Source of the DNA: Pseudomonadota bacterium
GTDB lineage: Bacteria > Pseudomonadota > Alphaproteobacteria > UBA2136 > UBA6156
Direction: 5' to 3'
Assembly: GCA_016125035.1 (NCBI GenBank)
Contig: WGMN01000002.1
Span: 17,790-81,789 of the forward strand
Length of the DNA stretch: 64,000 bases
Shown here: positions 39,321 to 47,181 of the stretch, piece after piece
Layout: the number at the start of each line of letters is the position of its first letter
How positions within the stretch are numbered: position 1 is the stretch's first letter
Made by a program: the position numbers and the translations under genes
The notes under the pieces: generated by a model
Database searches by the model: none
The model's input: only the letters and a program-made list of their open reading frames with translations
Told to the model about the DNA's origin: nothing

Positions 39321-39951
39321 GGCCAAACACATCCTTCAAACCGGCCGCCTTCTTCGTGGGCGCCGCCACACTGCGCGCCCCTCCCTGGGTGGAAAATACC
39401 GGCGCCGCCGCCTGCTTTCTCACCGGCACGGCATTTTCGCCGCCCTTGGCTTCGGCTTCCATCTCGGCCTTAATAGCGGCCTTAATGTCCTCCGGCGTCG
39501 TCCCGTATTTCGCCGTAAAGTCGGCCACCGGCTTAAAGCCCATCGCCACCTTCAACGCCGCCACCACCGGCTGCGCAGCACCCGCAACCTCCGCATTCAA
39601 CGCGGGGTTGGCCTGCACCGCCTGGGCGTAAACACTGGGGCTACCGTCTGCCGTCTGCATGGCAATCAACCCGTTGTAGTCCACACCAAACAACGCCAGC
39701 GCATCGCGCACCAGCGCCTCGTCATGGAGAATACTCTCCGCTTTATTGGCCGGTATGCCCCCATCGTCGGTAATGGTTTCATTCGCCGTCGCGGGGCCGC
39801 CGCCAACCTGTGTCGCACCGGGCTTGCTGCGCCGGGCCAATTCCTTCAAATGCTGCCGTAACTTTTCAAGCTTCGAGCCCACCCCGTTGGGGTTGCCATC
39901 CTGCCCGTAACGGCTGCCAAAATTAAACTTCATCATCCCCATCCCCTTCAC
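39316..39951 (-). CDS. putative scaffolding/head-assembly protein
   Basis: The 211 aa Ala/Lys/Glu-rich product sits between the portal and capsid genes. The start is GTG at 39951 or ATG at 39936. Confidence 0.45.
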   Translation of the reverse strand: MKGMGMMKFNFGSRYGQDGNPNGVGSKLEKLRQHLKELARRSKPGATQVGGGPATANETITDDGGIPANKAESILHDEALVRDALALFGVDYNGLIAMQTADGSPSVYAQAVQANPALNAEVAGAAQPVVAALKVAMGFKPVADFTAKYGTTPEDIKAAIKAEMEAEAKGGENAVPVRKQAAAPVFSTQGGARSVAAPTKKAAGLKDVFGR

Positions 39952-39982
39952 TGTTCACTGTTGACTGTTCACTGTTTACTGG
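39947..39982. repeat. heptamer tandem array (CACTGTT)x5 overlapping portal 3' end / scaffold leader
   Basis: The sequence reads ttcactgttcactgttgactgttcactgtttactgg. Confidence 0.85.
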
Positions 39983-41687
39983 CCCTCAACGCGGCCAGAA
40001 TAACCTCCTTATTCCGCACGCCACTTGCCTCCACCAACACTTCCGGCGGCACCGGCACCCCGGCCTGCACCAGCAACTGCAACTGCTGGGCCTCCATCTC
40101 GCGGGCGCTGCTCACATCGCGCACTTCTTCCACCACCACGTCAAATTCGGCACTGGCCAGGTCCGGCACCCTCAACACTTCGCCGTCCTCGCCCTTCACC
40201 GCTTTGCCATGCTCGTCCAGCACCGGCGCGTTCAGCGCGATCTGCCGCCCGGCCCCAAACTGGTCGGTAATGTGGATCACCATCTCCTGGGTAAAGAACT
40301 GCCGCATCAACCCCAACACCTGCTCGCCCAGCTGCTTCTTCACCAACCGCAGGGTGTCGTAGGCAAACATCTGGTTCAGGCTGCCGGCCATCTGCCGCTG
40401 CTGAATGGCCACCCCGCTGGTGGCATTGCTCTGCTTGCCGATGCTCTCATCAAACACGCCGATCGCTTCCTGGATATCCTTGCCCGCCTGCTCCATCACA
40501 TTCACCTGGCTCACCGCCAGGTCGGTGTTGCGGATAATGCGCAAATCCTTGCCGCTCTTTTTCAAGATGATCCCATCCGGCCGCGCCGCTTCCCGCGCCA
40601 GCACATTGGGGTCATCCACCGCATCCACATCGGCAATCACCTGCGCGGTGCTCAGCAAATGCATCGCCTTGCTTCTGCGCTTGTTCAACTCGCGCTGGGG
40701 GTCCAGCGTTGCCCGCACCAGGCCGTAGGGCCGCCCGTCCTTGCGCTGGCGCTTATACACAAACGGCACCAACGTAAAGCGGTTGTGGCGATAACTCAGC
40801 GGCCGGTTGTCCAGCAGCACATCACCTGCAAAGTAGGCCACCATCACCCGCGGCACCTCATTCACTTCTTCCACCACCGCACCGGGCACCTTGGTCTCCT
40901 TGCGCTCAAAGGTGGTCACCAGGCGGCCGTCTGCCAGGCGCACGCGCCATTGCCTGGCCGGATCCTTGTACTGCACCTCCACCAGGCGGAAAAGTTGCCG
41001 CTGCTGGTCAAAATACCCCATCTCGCTACCGCGCCCGGCCCTGCCAATGCCGTAAAGCGCAGCGCCCAGCCCGCCATTGCCGCTCAGCTGCACCAACACC
41101 TGATCGGCCTGGTCGGGGAACAACCCACGCACCTCACCCTCATCCATCCAACGCTCGCGCGCCACAAAGCGCGCATCGGCAAAGTCCATGCGCCGTGCCA
41201 TCGGGTCCCACACCACGCTAAATTCATCCTCGGCGCGGGCAAAGATCTGCGCCCCCTCCCCGGCCTCCTGCACACCAATGTCCAGCCACCCAATACCGGC
41301 CACCAACCCGGCGCGGAACACATTGCTTATCTCCAGCGCCTGGTCACCACGCTCGGCCACATAAAGCGCCAGGTCGGTCAACACCCGCGCGGCATCCTCC
41401 TCCTGCGCATCGCCGCTGCGGCTCTTGTAAACCACCCGCGTGCGGCCCACCACTTCACCACCTGCCAGGTTATCCACCTTGGCGGCAATCTTGTTGATCA
41501 CAATCGCCGCCTGCCCATTTTCCGCCAACTTGCTCGCCTCCTCGGCGGTCCACTGGTTGCCGTCGTAAAAGTCCCAGGCGGTGCGTGCCTCCGCCCGCCA
41601 GGTGGCGTAGGCGGTAGATGTCACCGCCGCCTCAAACCACCCCTTCACTTTCCCCAGCACTGCCGCGTTATCATTCGCATCCATCAT
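39969..41687 (-). CDS. portal (head-to-tail connector) protein, podovirus type
   Basis: The 572 aa product has an N-terminal WDFYDGNQW motif typical of T7-like connector proteins. Confidence 0.7.
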   Translation of the reverse strand: MMDANDNAAVLGKVKGWFEAAVTSTAYATWRAEARTAWDFYDGNQWTAEEASKLAENGQAAIVINKIAAKVDNLAGGEVVGRTRVVYKSRSGDAQEEDAARVLTDLALYVAERGDQALEISNVFRAGLVAGIGWLDIGVQEAGEGAQIFARAEDEFSVVWDPMARRMDFADARFVARERWMDEGEVRGLFPDQADQVLVQLSGNGGLGAALYGIGRAGRGSEMGYFDQQRQLFRLVEVQYKDPARQWRVRLADGRLVTTFERKETKVPGAVVEEVNEVPRVMVAYFAGDVLLDNRPLSYRHNRFTLVPFVYKRQRKDGRPYGLVRATLDPQRELNKRRSKAMHLLSTAQVIADVDAVDDPNVLAREAARPDGIILKKSGKDLRIIRNTDLAVSQVNVMEQAGKDIQEAIGVFDESIGKQSNATSGVAIQQRQMAGSLNQMFAYDTLRLVKKQLGEQVLGLMRQFFTQEMVIHITDQFGAGRQIALNAPVLDEHGKAVKGEDGEVLRVPDLASAEFDVVVEEVRDVSSAREMEAQQLQLLVQAGVPVPPEVLVEASGVRNKEVILAALRASKQ

Positions 41688-41973
41688 TGTCGCTCTCCTG
41701 TTCCAACACCAAAGTCACCCAGCCGTCCAAGCGGCCAATCACCACGCGCAACGCGGTGGCGCCATGCACACCACCACCTTCGCCCCCCTCAAAATCCAGC
41801 CACTGTGCCCCGCCCCTGCGCAACTGCTCGGGCGGATCATGGCTCACCTGCACACGCACCTCATCGCCGGCATGCTTGTTCAAACTAAAGCGGGCCACCG
41901 CACACTCCGGGCACAAAAAAACCGGCCTCATCCGGCCGGCACTGGCATAGATATACTCCCCTCGCAGTCTCAT
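41671..41973 (-). CDS. hypothetical small phage protein (~100 aa)
   Basis: The ATG at 41973 lies 6 nt after GAGGAG. It overlaps the portal start. Confidence 0.4.
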   Translation of the reverse strand: MRLRGEYIYASAGRMRPVFLCPECAVARFSLNKHAGDEVRVQVSHDPPEQLRRGGAQWLDFEGGEGGGVHGATALRVVIGRLDGWVTLVLEQESDNDGCE

Positions 41974-41989
41974 CTCAGGTCTCCTCACT

Positions 41990-42019
41990 GGTTACAGATT
42001 ACGGGTCACGGGTTACGGT
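41990..42019. repeat. heptamer tandem array (GGTTACG-like)x4 between terL stop and next gene
   Basis: The sequence reads ggttaca gattacg ggtcacg ggttacg. Confidence 0.8.
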
Positions 42020-43384
42020 CTAAACCGTTCGCCAGTCACTCAACTTCGCCCTTGGCCTCTCAACCTTGCGCAACTCGCCCTCGGCCCTGGCCAACGCCAA
42101 CCCGCTCACCAACGCATACCTGGTGGCATCCATCAGGTGGTCATCGCGCTTGGCCACACGGCCCTTGGCATCGCGGGCATAAAGGCGGAACTCATGCCAC
42201 CACGGCAACAAATCCGCAAACACCTTCAAGCGCCCACTGCGCATGCGCTCCAGCACCTGCATCAGGCCACCCTCCACCGCGTTTTCCGCCAGCGAAAAAT
42301 TCACCCCCGCAGCAGCATAACCCTCCACCAAACTGGCCCCGTCGCGCGCCCCCACTGCCTGCCCGGCGGGGTCGCACACAGCGGGTATCCACGCCCCTCT
42401 GCGCAAAATCTCCGCCGCATGCTCGGCGGGGATCCTCTCACTCGCGCAATAAGCATCCACCACATAAACCACATCGCGCGCCACATCATGCGCCAACCAC
42501 ACCGCAGCGGTGGGGTTGGCCCAACCAAAGTCCACGCCCACGCACCAGCGCCAATCTTTGGGGATGTCAAACCGCGGCACCGCGATCTCACTTTCCTCAA
42601 CCGGATAAACCCGCCCCCTCCCCACACTGGGCTCACCAAACTCGCGCGCCCTCACCTCAAAGGGCCGCAGGCTTTTGCGCAACCGCGCCACGGCATCTTC
42701 TTCCAGGTGTGGGGCGTCACACCACCCGGCCTGCACCACCGCCTTGCCTTCCAGCCGAGAACTCTCGCTGAAATGCCGCACCATCTCGGTCAACCCGTTC
42801 AACGGCGTCATCGTCAACATCACATGCCCTCCCACGGTTAAGGTTCGCAACAAACACTCTTCATAAACACCAATCTCCGGTTCTTCATCCAGGTGGATAA
42901 CCTCGCGCGCCGTGCCCTGGAAGCTCTCCCTCCCCTGGTCAAAGCTCTTAAACGCCAGCACACTTTTGCCGCCGCTCACATGCCGCACCTGCACCACGTC
43001 CACCGCGCCGCTCAACCCGCTCTTCATCGTCACCCCCAGCACCAACCGCTGCGGGATCACCCCCTGCGACCCCAAATAAACCTCCTGCAAAATGTCGCGC
43101 GTCATCTCGCGTGTCACACTGGCGGCCCAGGCACGCACGGGGCTGCCAAAGCGCGCGCCGCGCCACCATGCGGGGTAACGCCCGCTCAGGTGGAAGGCCA
43201 GCTCACACGCCCCGGCCAAGGTCTTGCCCACACGGTTACCGGCCAAAAACAACCGCTCCTTCGCCGCTACTCCGGCGGCATGGAAGTCCCTCTGCCTGGC
43301 ATGCGGACGGTACCAAAAAAGCGGGTCCCCCCGCACCTCCTGCACCGCCCGCGCCAGCCACCGCCTGCGCTGCCTGTCATCCAT
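42020..43384 (-). CDS. terminase large subunit
   Basis: The 454 aa product has a Walker A (AGNRVGKT) and a C-terminal nuclease-type region. Confidence 0.75.
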   Translation of the reverse strand: MDDRQRRRWLARAVQEVRGDPLFWYRPHARQRDFHAAGVAAKERLFLAGNRVGKTLAGACELAFHLSGRYPAWWRGARFGSPVRAWAASVTREMTRDILQEVYLGSQGVIPQRLVLGVTMKSGLSGAVDVVQVRHVSGGKSVLAFKSFDQGRESFQGTAREVIHLDEEPEIGVYEECLLRTLTVGGHVMLTMTPLNGLTEMVRHFSESSRLEGKAVVQAGWCDAPHLEEDAVARLRKSLRPFEVRAREFGEPSVGRGRVYPVEESEIAVPRFDIPKDWRWCVGVDFGWANPTAAVWLAHDVARDVVYVVDAYCASERIPAEHAAEILRRGAWIPAVCDPAGQAVGARDGASLVEGYAAAGVNFSLAENAVEGGLMQVLERMRSGRLKVFADLLPWWHEFRLYARDAKGRVAKRDDHLMDATRYALVSGLALARAEGELRKVERPRAKLSDWRTV

Positions 43385-43399
43385 TCCGTTCTCCTTGTT

Positions 43400-43924
43400 T
43401 TACCAGTCTCCCTTGGCATAAGGCGAGGCAAACACCTCCCCTTTGCGCTTTTTCATCTCCTCATCATAACGCTGTTTAGCCTCAGCCTCCTGATCCGGTG
43501 TGGTGGGGTAAGGTATCGATTCTCCCATCAAAACACTGCCCCACGAGCGGTCGCGCAAAAACTTCTCACGCAGTTCTCCGGCTTCCTCGTCCGTCAGCTC
43601 GGGGTTGCGCTTGCGCTGGACAGCAACGTAAAGGTCGGCCTCCTGCCGAACCCGCAATCCAATATCATTGTTCACCACATCTGCCTGAGAGTCCGGCCTG
43701 TTGATCCCTTCCAATCTTTCTCTTGCATCCCCAAAAAGTCTAGCGGCACCTTTGCCTATGCTGTCAGCTAACTTTGCTGAAACATAGACATGTTGAAACG
43801 CATCCAGTTGCCGTGGATCGTCCATTCCATAATCCTCGCGCGCAATTTTCTGGGCTTGCTGACGCATGTTATCCAGGCTCACCGATACCTCAAAAGGCTG
43901 TCCTTTACCGGCTGGCATATTCAC
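43400..43924 (-). CDS. hypothetical phage protein (174 aa)
   Basis: An AAGGAG RBS is present. The gene lies upstream of terL. Confidence 0.45.
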   Translation of the reverse strand: MNMPAGKGQPFEVSVSLDNMRQQAQKIAREDYGMDDPRQLDAFQHVYVSAKLADSIGKGAARLFGDARERLEGINRPDSQADVVNNDIGLRVRQEADLYVAVQRKRNPELTDEEAGELREKFLRDRSWGSVLMGESIPYPTTPDQEAEAKQRYDEEMKKRKGEVFASPYAKGDW

Positions 43925-43940
43925 TATTCTCCTCTAGATG

Positions 43941-43966
43941 AACAAAAAACCGGGTTAAAACCCGGC
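43941..43966 (-). terminator. intrinsic terminator inside AT-rich islet
   Basis: The minus-strand hairpin CCGGG-TTTTAA-CCCGG is followed by TTTTTTGTT. Confidence 0.55.
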
Positions 43967-44073
43967 ATCCCGCATACGCAAGATAAAATCCCACGCCAAA
44001 ATAAAAAAGCTCAATGGCACCAGAACACTCCCCGCCAACACCGCCACAAGGAATTTCCACGTCATAACTTGTT

Positions 44074-44259
44074 TTAAAAAAGCCATGTGAGCTTTTCTAT
44101 CCCTACCCAATGCTGGATATACATCCACTGCAAATTAAGCGACTTCCACTCAAAGAACATGGCCTGCCATAAACACCCCAACCCCAGCGCCAGCGGCACA
44201 CCCACCGCCCACTGCACCCACTTCACCAGTTTCGCATTTACTTTCGCCATTTTTGTCAT
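44074..44259 (-). CDS. small hydrophobic protein in AT-rich islet (hypothetical)
   Basis: The 61 aa product has one TM helix. A further 36-codon hydrophobic ORF follows at 43955..44065. Confidence 0.3.
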   Translation of the reverse strand: MTKMAKVNAKLVKWVQWAVGVPLALGLGCLWQAMFFEWKSLNLQWMYIQHWVGIEKLTWLF

Positions 44260-44277
44260 TTTACCGCCTTTCCCTTT

Positions 44278-44664
44278 TCACTCCAATGGTATTTTCTCCC
44301 GCAACGCCTTCACCTCGGCTTCCAGCTCTTCAAGGCTCGGCACGGAGGCCTCTTCGGGCTTCACCGCCCCCAATCTCATATAAAGCAACCGCGCCGCCGC
44401 CACACTGCCCGCACGCGCCTTGGCCAGCATGGCACGGTCCACTGCCAGCAACTCGTCGGCCTCCACCGGGCGGCCTTTCAGGCGCGCCTCAATCTGGTCC
44501 TTCACTTCTTCGGTCAGGTAATCGCGCAGGGTCCTCACCCCCACCCGCGCCCGCGCCGCCAGCGCGCGGTGGCTCAACCCCGTGTTGGTCACATCCCCGG
44601 CCACGCTTAAGATCCTCTCCAGGGTCTTCGGGTTCATCTGATACCCGCTCTTGGTCAAGCCCAT
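44278..44664 (-). CDS. HTH DNA-binding protein (possible terminase small subunit)
   Basis: The internal start MGLTKSGYQMNP lies 5 nt after GGAGG. An HTH (LSHRALAARARVGVRTLRDYL) is present. It is the first gene after a terminator/promoter gap. Confidence 0.5.
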   Translation of the reverse strand: MGLTKSGYQMNPKTLERILSVAGDVTNTGLSHRALAARARVGVRTLRDYLTEEVKDQIEARLKGRPVEADELLAVDRAMLAKARAGSVAAARLLYMRLGAVKPEEASVPSLEELEAEVKALREKIPLE

Positions 44665-44835
44665 CTCCACCTCCCTTATAAGTAGCAAACCTCCCAACGG
44701 CAAAAGGCCGTGCTGTCGCCAGCACGGCCCTGCCTTTTATGCACCCCGTAAAAGCAAAGCGCCAAGGGGGTACCTCGGCGCGACTATATCAATTTCTAGC
44801 ATAAGTTGCTGCGCAAGTCAAGCACAAAATAACGT

Positions 44836-44886
44836 AGTGCCATCAAAAACAAGTCGGGGCCCGCGGTTTTAAGCTGCGGGCCCCTT
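44836..44886 (-). terminator. intrinsic terminator after 44889..45683 gene
   Basis: The minus-strand hairpin GGGGCCCGCAGC-TTAAAA-CCGCGGGCCCC is followed by GACTTGTTTTTGATGG. Confidence 0.6.
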
Positions 44887-44888
44887 CG

Positions 44889-45683
44889 TCATATTTCAAC
44901 CTTCGCCGGCTTCAACCGCCACATGTCGCAGTTCACCAAGGCTTCCACCTGGCCATCTTCACAAGCCAGGTCAACGCGGGCCCCTCCAGACTCAATTCCA
45001 AAAGGAGACCACCTGCGCAGCTTCAGCCACTCGGCGATCGCCAGCGCACGCGCAACCGCGTCGTTGGCAACGCCGTCCGCCTCCCACGCCGTACTCATCG
45101 CCAGCTGGCGCTGGCGATTATGCGAGAGCACAAGCAACGCCTTGTAGGGGAAGTCGCGCATAAGCTCGGCGTCCGCCTCGAAGACCCGCCGCGCATGGTC
45201 GCTCTCCACCCACACCACCAGCTCATCGTCGGCGGTCACATGGGTCTTGATGATGCCGAGGCTCGGCAACCCAGCCTTCAAGGCTGCCTTGCGGCGCTCG
45301 CTTTCGGGCAGGTCTTTCACCCCGCCCACCGGGCGTTTCAACACGCAGTCACGTCCACGCACGCAGGCTCCTGCCTGCACAGGGTAGTCCACGCCGTCAG
45401 GCACAAAGTCCACAAAGACACGGCCCCCTTTTTGTTCCGCCAGGCAAGCCGCCGCCGCCAGCGCCGCACAACCGTAAAAGCTGGCTTCCGCCCCTTTCCG
45501 GTCGTAAAAGCTCAGCGCGTAGCGCTTCCTCCCCACCGGGGAGAGGAACACGGTCTGCGGCGACTTAACCTTGATCTGCCGCAACACCTCCGCCCGCACG
45601 TCCGCGGGCAGCGCGGCGTCGGTCAGCACCACCGCCACTTCCACACCTGCAACCGTCAGTCTCGGTATCGTCAGAGCCGTCAT
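44889..45683 (-). CDS. hypothetical phage-cluster protein (265 aa)
   Basis: The start MTALTIPRL lies ~9 nt after AGGAGA. No family was recognised. Confidence 0.45.
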   Translation of the reverse strand: MTALTIPRLTVAGVEVAVVLTDAALPADVRAEVLRQIKVKSPQTVFLSPVGRKRYALSFYDRKGAEASFYGCAALAAAACLAEQKGGRVFVDFVPDGVDYPVQAGACVRGRDCVLKRPVGGVKDLPESERRKAALKAGLPSLGIIKTHVTADDELVVWVESDHARRVFEADAELMRDFPYKALLVLSHNRQRQLAMSTAWEADGVANDAVARALAIAEWLKLRRWSPFGIESGGARVDLACEDGQVEALVNCDMWRLKPAKVEI

Positions 45684-45796
45684 GGTTATGGTCTCCTGCC
45701 CGCATCCGCCGGGGCGTTGCGGGGCCAGGCCCAAACATCCAAGTTACGCTTTCTCGTGGGTTTTATGTATACCTTAAAGAACCCCCAAGCAACCCC

Positions 45797-46357
45797 TCAC
45801 CTGAACTCCCCACGCCGCACCTCACGTCCCCCCTCCTCTTCCCAGGGCATCACCGGCGCCACCACCACCAGCCCGCGCGCCACCAGCACCCGGCCCACCC
45901 CCTCCAGCGCCACCTGCAACCGCCGCCACGCGGTGCCACGGTCGCACCCCAGCAACCTGCCCAGCTGGGTGGTGGAGTACCTGTAACTTAAGCGAACATG
46001 CACCCCCTGCCGCCGCAATTTTTCCTTCATCGCCAAAGCCGCCCACAAGCGCTTTTCATCAGCCCAGTCGCCCCATGCCCACAGGCGCAGCAAGCGCGCG
46101 GCCTCGCTATCTGCCCGCGCCAGTTCATCCAGCGCGCCTTCCACCTTCAACGCCAGGTCAAGCCGCTCCACCGCGCCGTGCGGCAACTCCACCGCTTTTT
46201 CTCCTTCCCAGGCCCGCGCCACCGCGTCGGCTTCGTCACTCACTTCCTTCCATAAACTGCTCAATTTCGGCAGTCGCCGCCGCCGCAATACTTCGCAGCT
46301 CCACTGCAAGGCATGCTCGGCATCGGCAAAAACAGACGCTTGGGGGGTCGGTTGCAT
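45797..46357 (-). CDS. regulator with C-terminal sigma-70 region-4-like HTH
   Basis: The start MQPTPQAS follows GGAGGATAACCTG. The C-terminal segment RLSYRYSTTQLGRLLGCDRGTAWRRLQVALEGV is a region-4-like HTH. Confidence 0.45.
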   Translation of the reverse strand: MQPTPQASVFADAEHALQWSCEVLRRRRLPKLSSLWKEVSDEADAVARAWEGEKAVELPHGAVERLDLALKVEGALDELARADSEAARLLRLWAWGDWADEKRLWAALAMKEKLRRQGVHVRLSYRYSTTQLGRLLGCDRGTAWRRLQVALEGVGRVLVARGLVVVAPVMPWEEEGGREVRRGEFR

Positions 46358-46473
46358 CAGGTTATCCTCCAGATTGTTGCTTAAGGGGCACGCACCCCCT
46401 GCAACACAAAGTAGCAATTTATCCGGCACTCCCAACCATGAAGTGCCAACCCACCACGAGAGATCAATACCTT

Positions 46474-46500
46474 GGCAAAAAATAACCCCCATCACGGGGG
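46474..46500 (-). terminator. intrinsic terminator downstream of ybjQ
   Basis: The minus-strand hairpin CCCCC-GTGAT-GGGGG is followed by TTATTTTTTGCC. Confidence 0.65.
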
Positions 46501-46533
46501 TAAATATCGTACATATTACATTCCACCCCTCCG

Positions 46534-46863
46534 CTAGGCCGGCTCAATAAACACCGCCGTGCCCTGCACCGCCACCATCAGCATCGTTTTGCCGCTGCCG
46601 GAGATCTCGCCGTAGTCCAAATCAATGCCGATCACCGCATTGCAGCCGGCCTGCTCGGCCTGCTGGCTAATTTCCCGCAAAATCAACTCCCTGGCATCGC
46701 CCAGCGCATTCTGGAACGAGCCGGAACGCCCGCCCACCACATCGCGCACCTTGGCAAAAAAGTCGCGGAAGATGTTGGTCCCCATCACCGCCTCCGAGGC
46801 CACTAAGGGCCCGTATTTACGGATCCTATAGCCCTCAACATAGGGTGTGGTGGTCAGCAGCAA
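46534..46863 (-). CDS. YbjQ/UPF0145 family protein
   Basis: The 109 aa product is a typical DUF74 fold (…NAVIGIDLDYGEISGSG…). Confidence 0.75.
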   Translation of the reverse strand: MLLTTTPYVEGYRIRKYGPLVASEAVMGTNIFRDFFAKVRDVVGGRSGSFQNALGDARELILREISQQAEQAGCNAVIGIDLDYGEISGSGKTMLMVAVQGTAVFIEPA

Positions 46864-46867
46864 GCGG

Positions 46868-47080
46868 CTAAACCCGCTTGGCCTTCAAAGGCTTCTGCGC
46901 CGGCAGCTCGTCCACCAGGTCAAAGCCCATATCTGCTAAAAAATCATCGGCATAACCGCCAAAAAACGGCTCGGCCACCTCGTCCATCACCGGCTCCTGG
47001 ACCACCTCGATCACGGCACCATCGGCAGCGCCAATCAGCTGCATCGGCAGCTGCAGGTCTGCAAACACGTTGTTTTTCAT
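46868..47080 (-). CDS. small acidic hypothetical protein
   Basis: The 70 aa product is upstream of ybjQ. Confidence 0.3.
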   Translation of the reverse strand: MKNNVFADLQLPMQLIGAADGAVIEVVQEPVMDEVAEPFFGGYADDFLADMGFDLVDELPAQKPLKAKRV

Positions 47081-47181
47081 AGCTTCATCCTCGTTATGGT
47101 CTCCATGCTACCGGCCTACCGGCAACCGGTCAATCCACGCAAACATGGGTCTGTGGCCACCCCACCACAACCCCCTGGCCG

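Larger units (their letters stand above)
31228..46357 (-). mobile_element. phage-derived ~15 kb cluster: lysis + podovirus-like head/packaging/tail-fibre genes, lacking integrase/replication/repressor (GTA-like or defective prophage)
   Basis: The cluster is a contiguous minus-strand run of an amidase, a holin, a collar-domain tail fibre, a capsid, a scaffold, a podovirus-type portal, TerL and HTH proteins. It has internal intrinsic terminators and an AT-rich islet. Confidence 0.7.

Noticed and set aside
39274-39982. GTTC-containing heptamer arrays as LexA boxes.
   Set aside because: GTTC units recur at 7 and 14 bp periodicity, giving GTTC-N10-GTTC rather than N7. They are better described as heptamer microsatellites.
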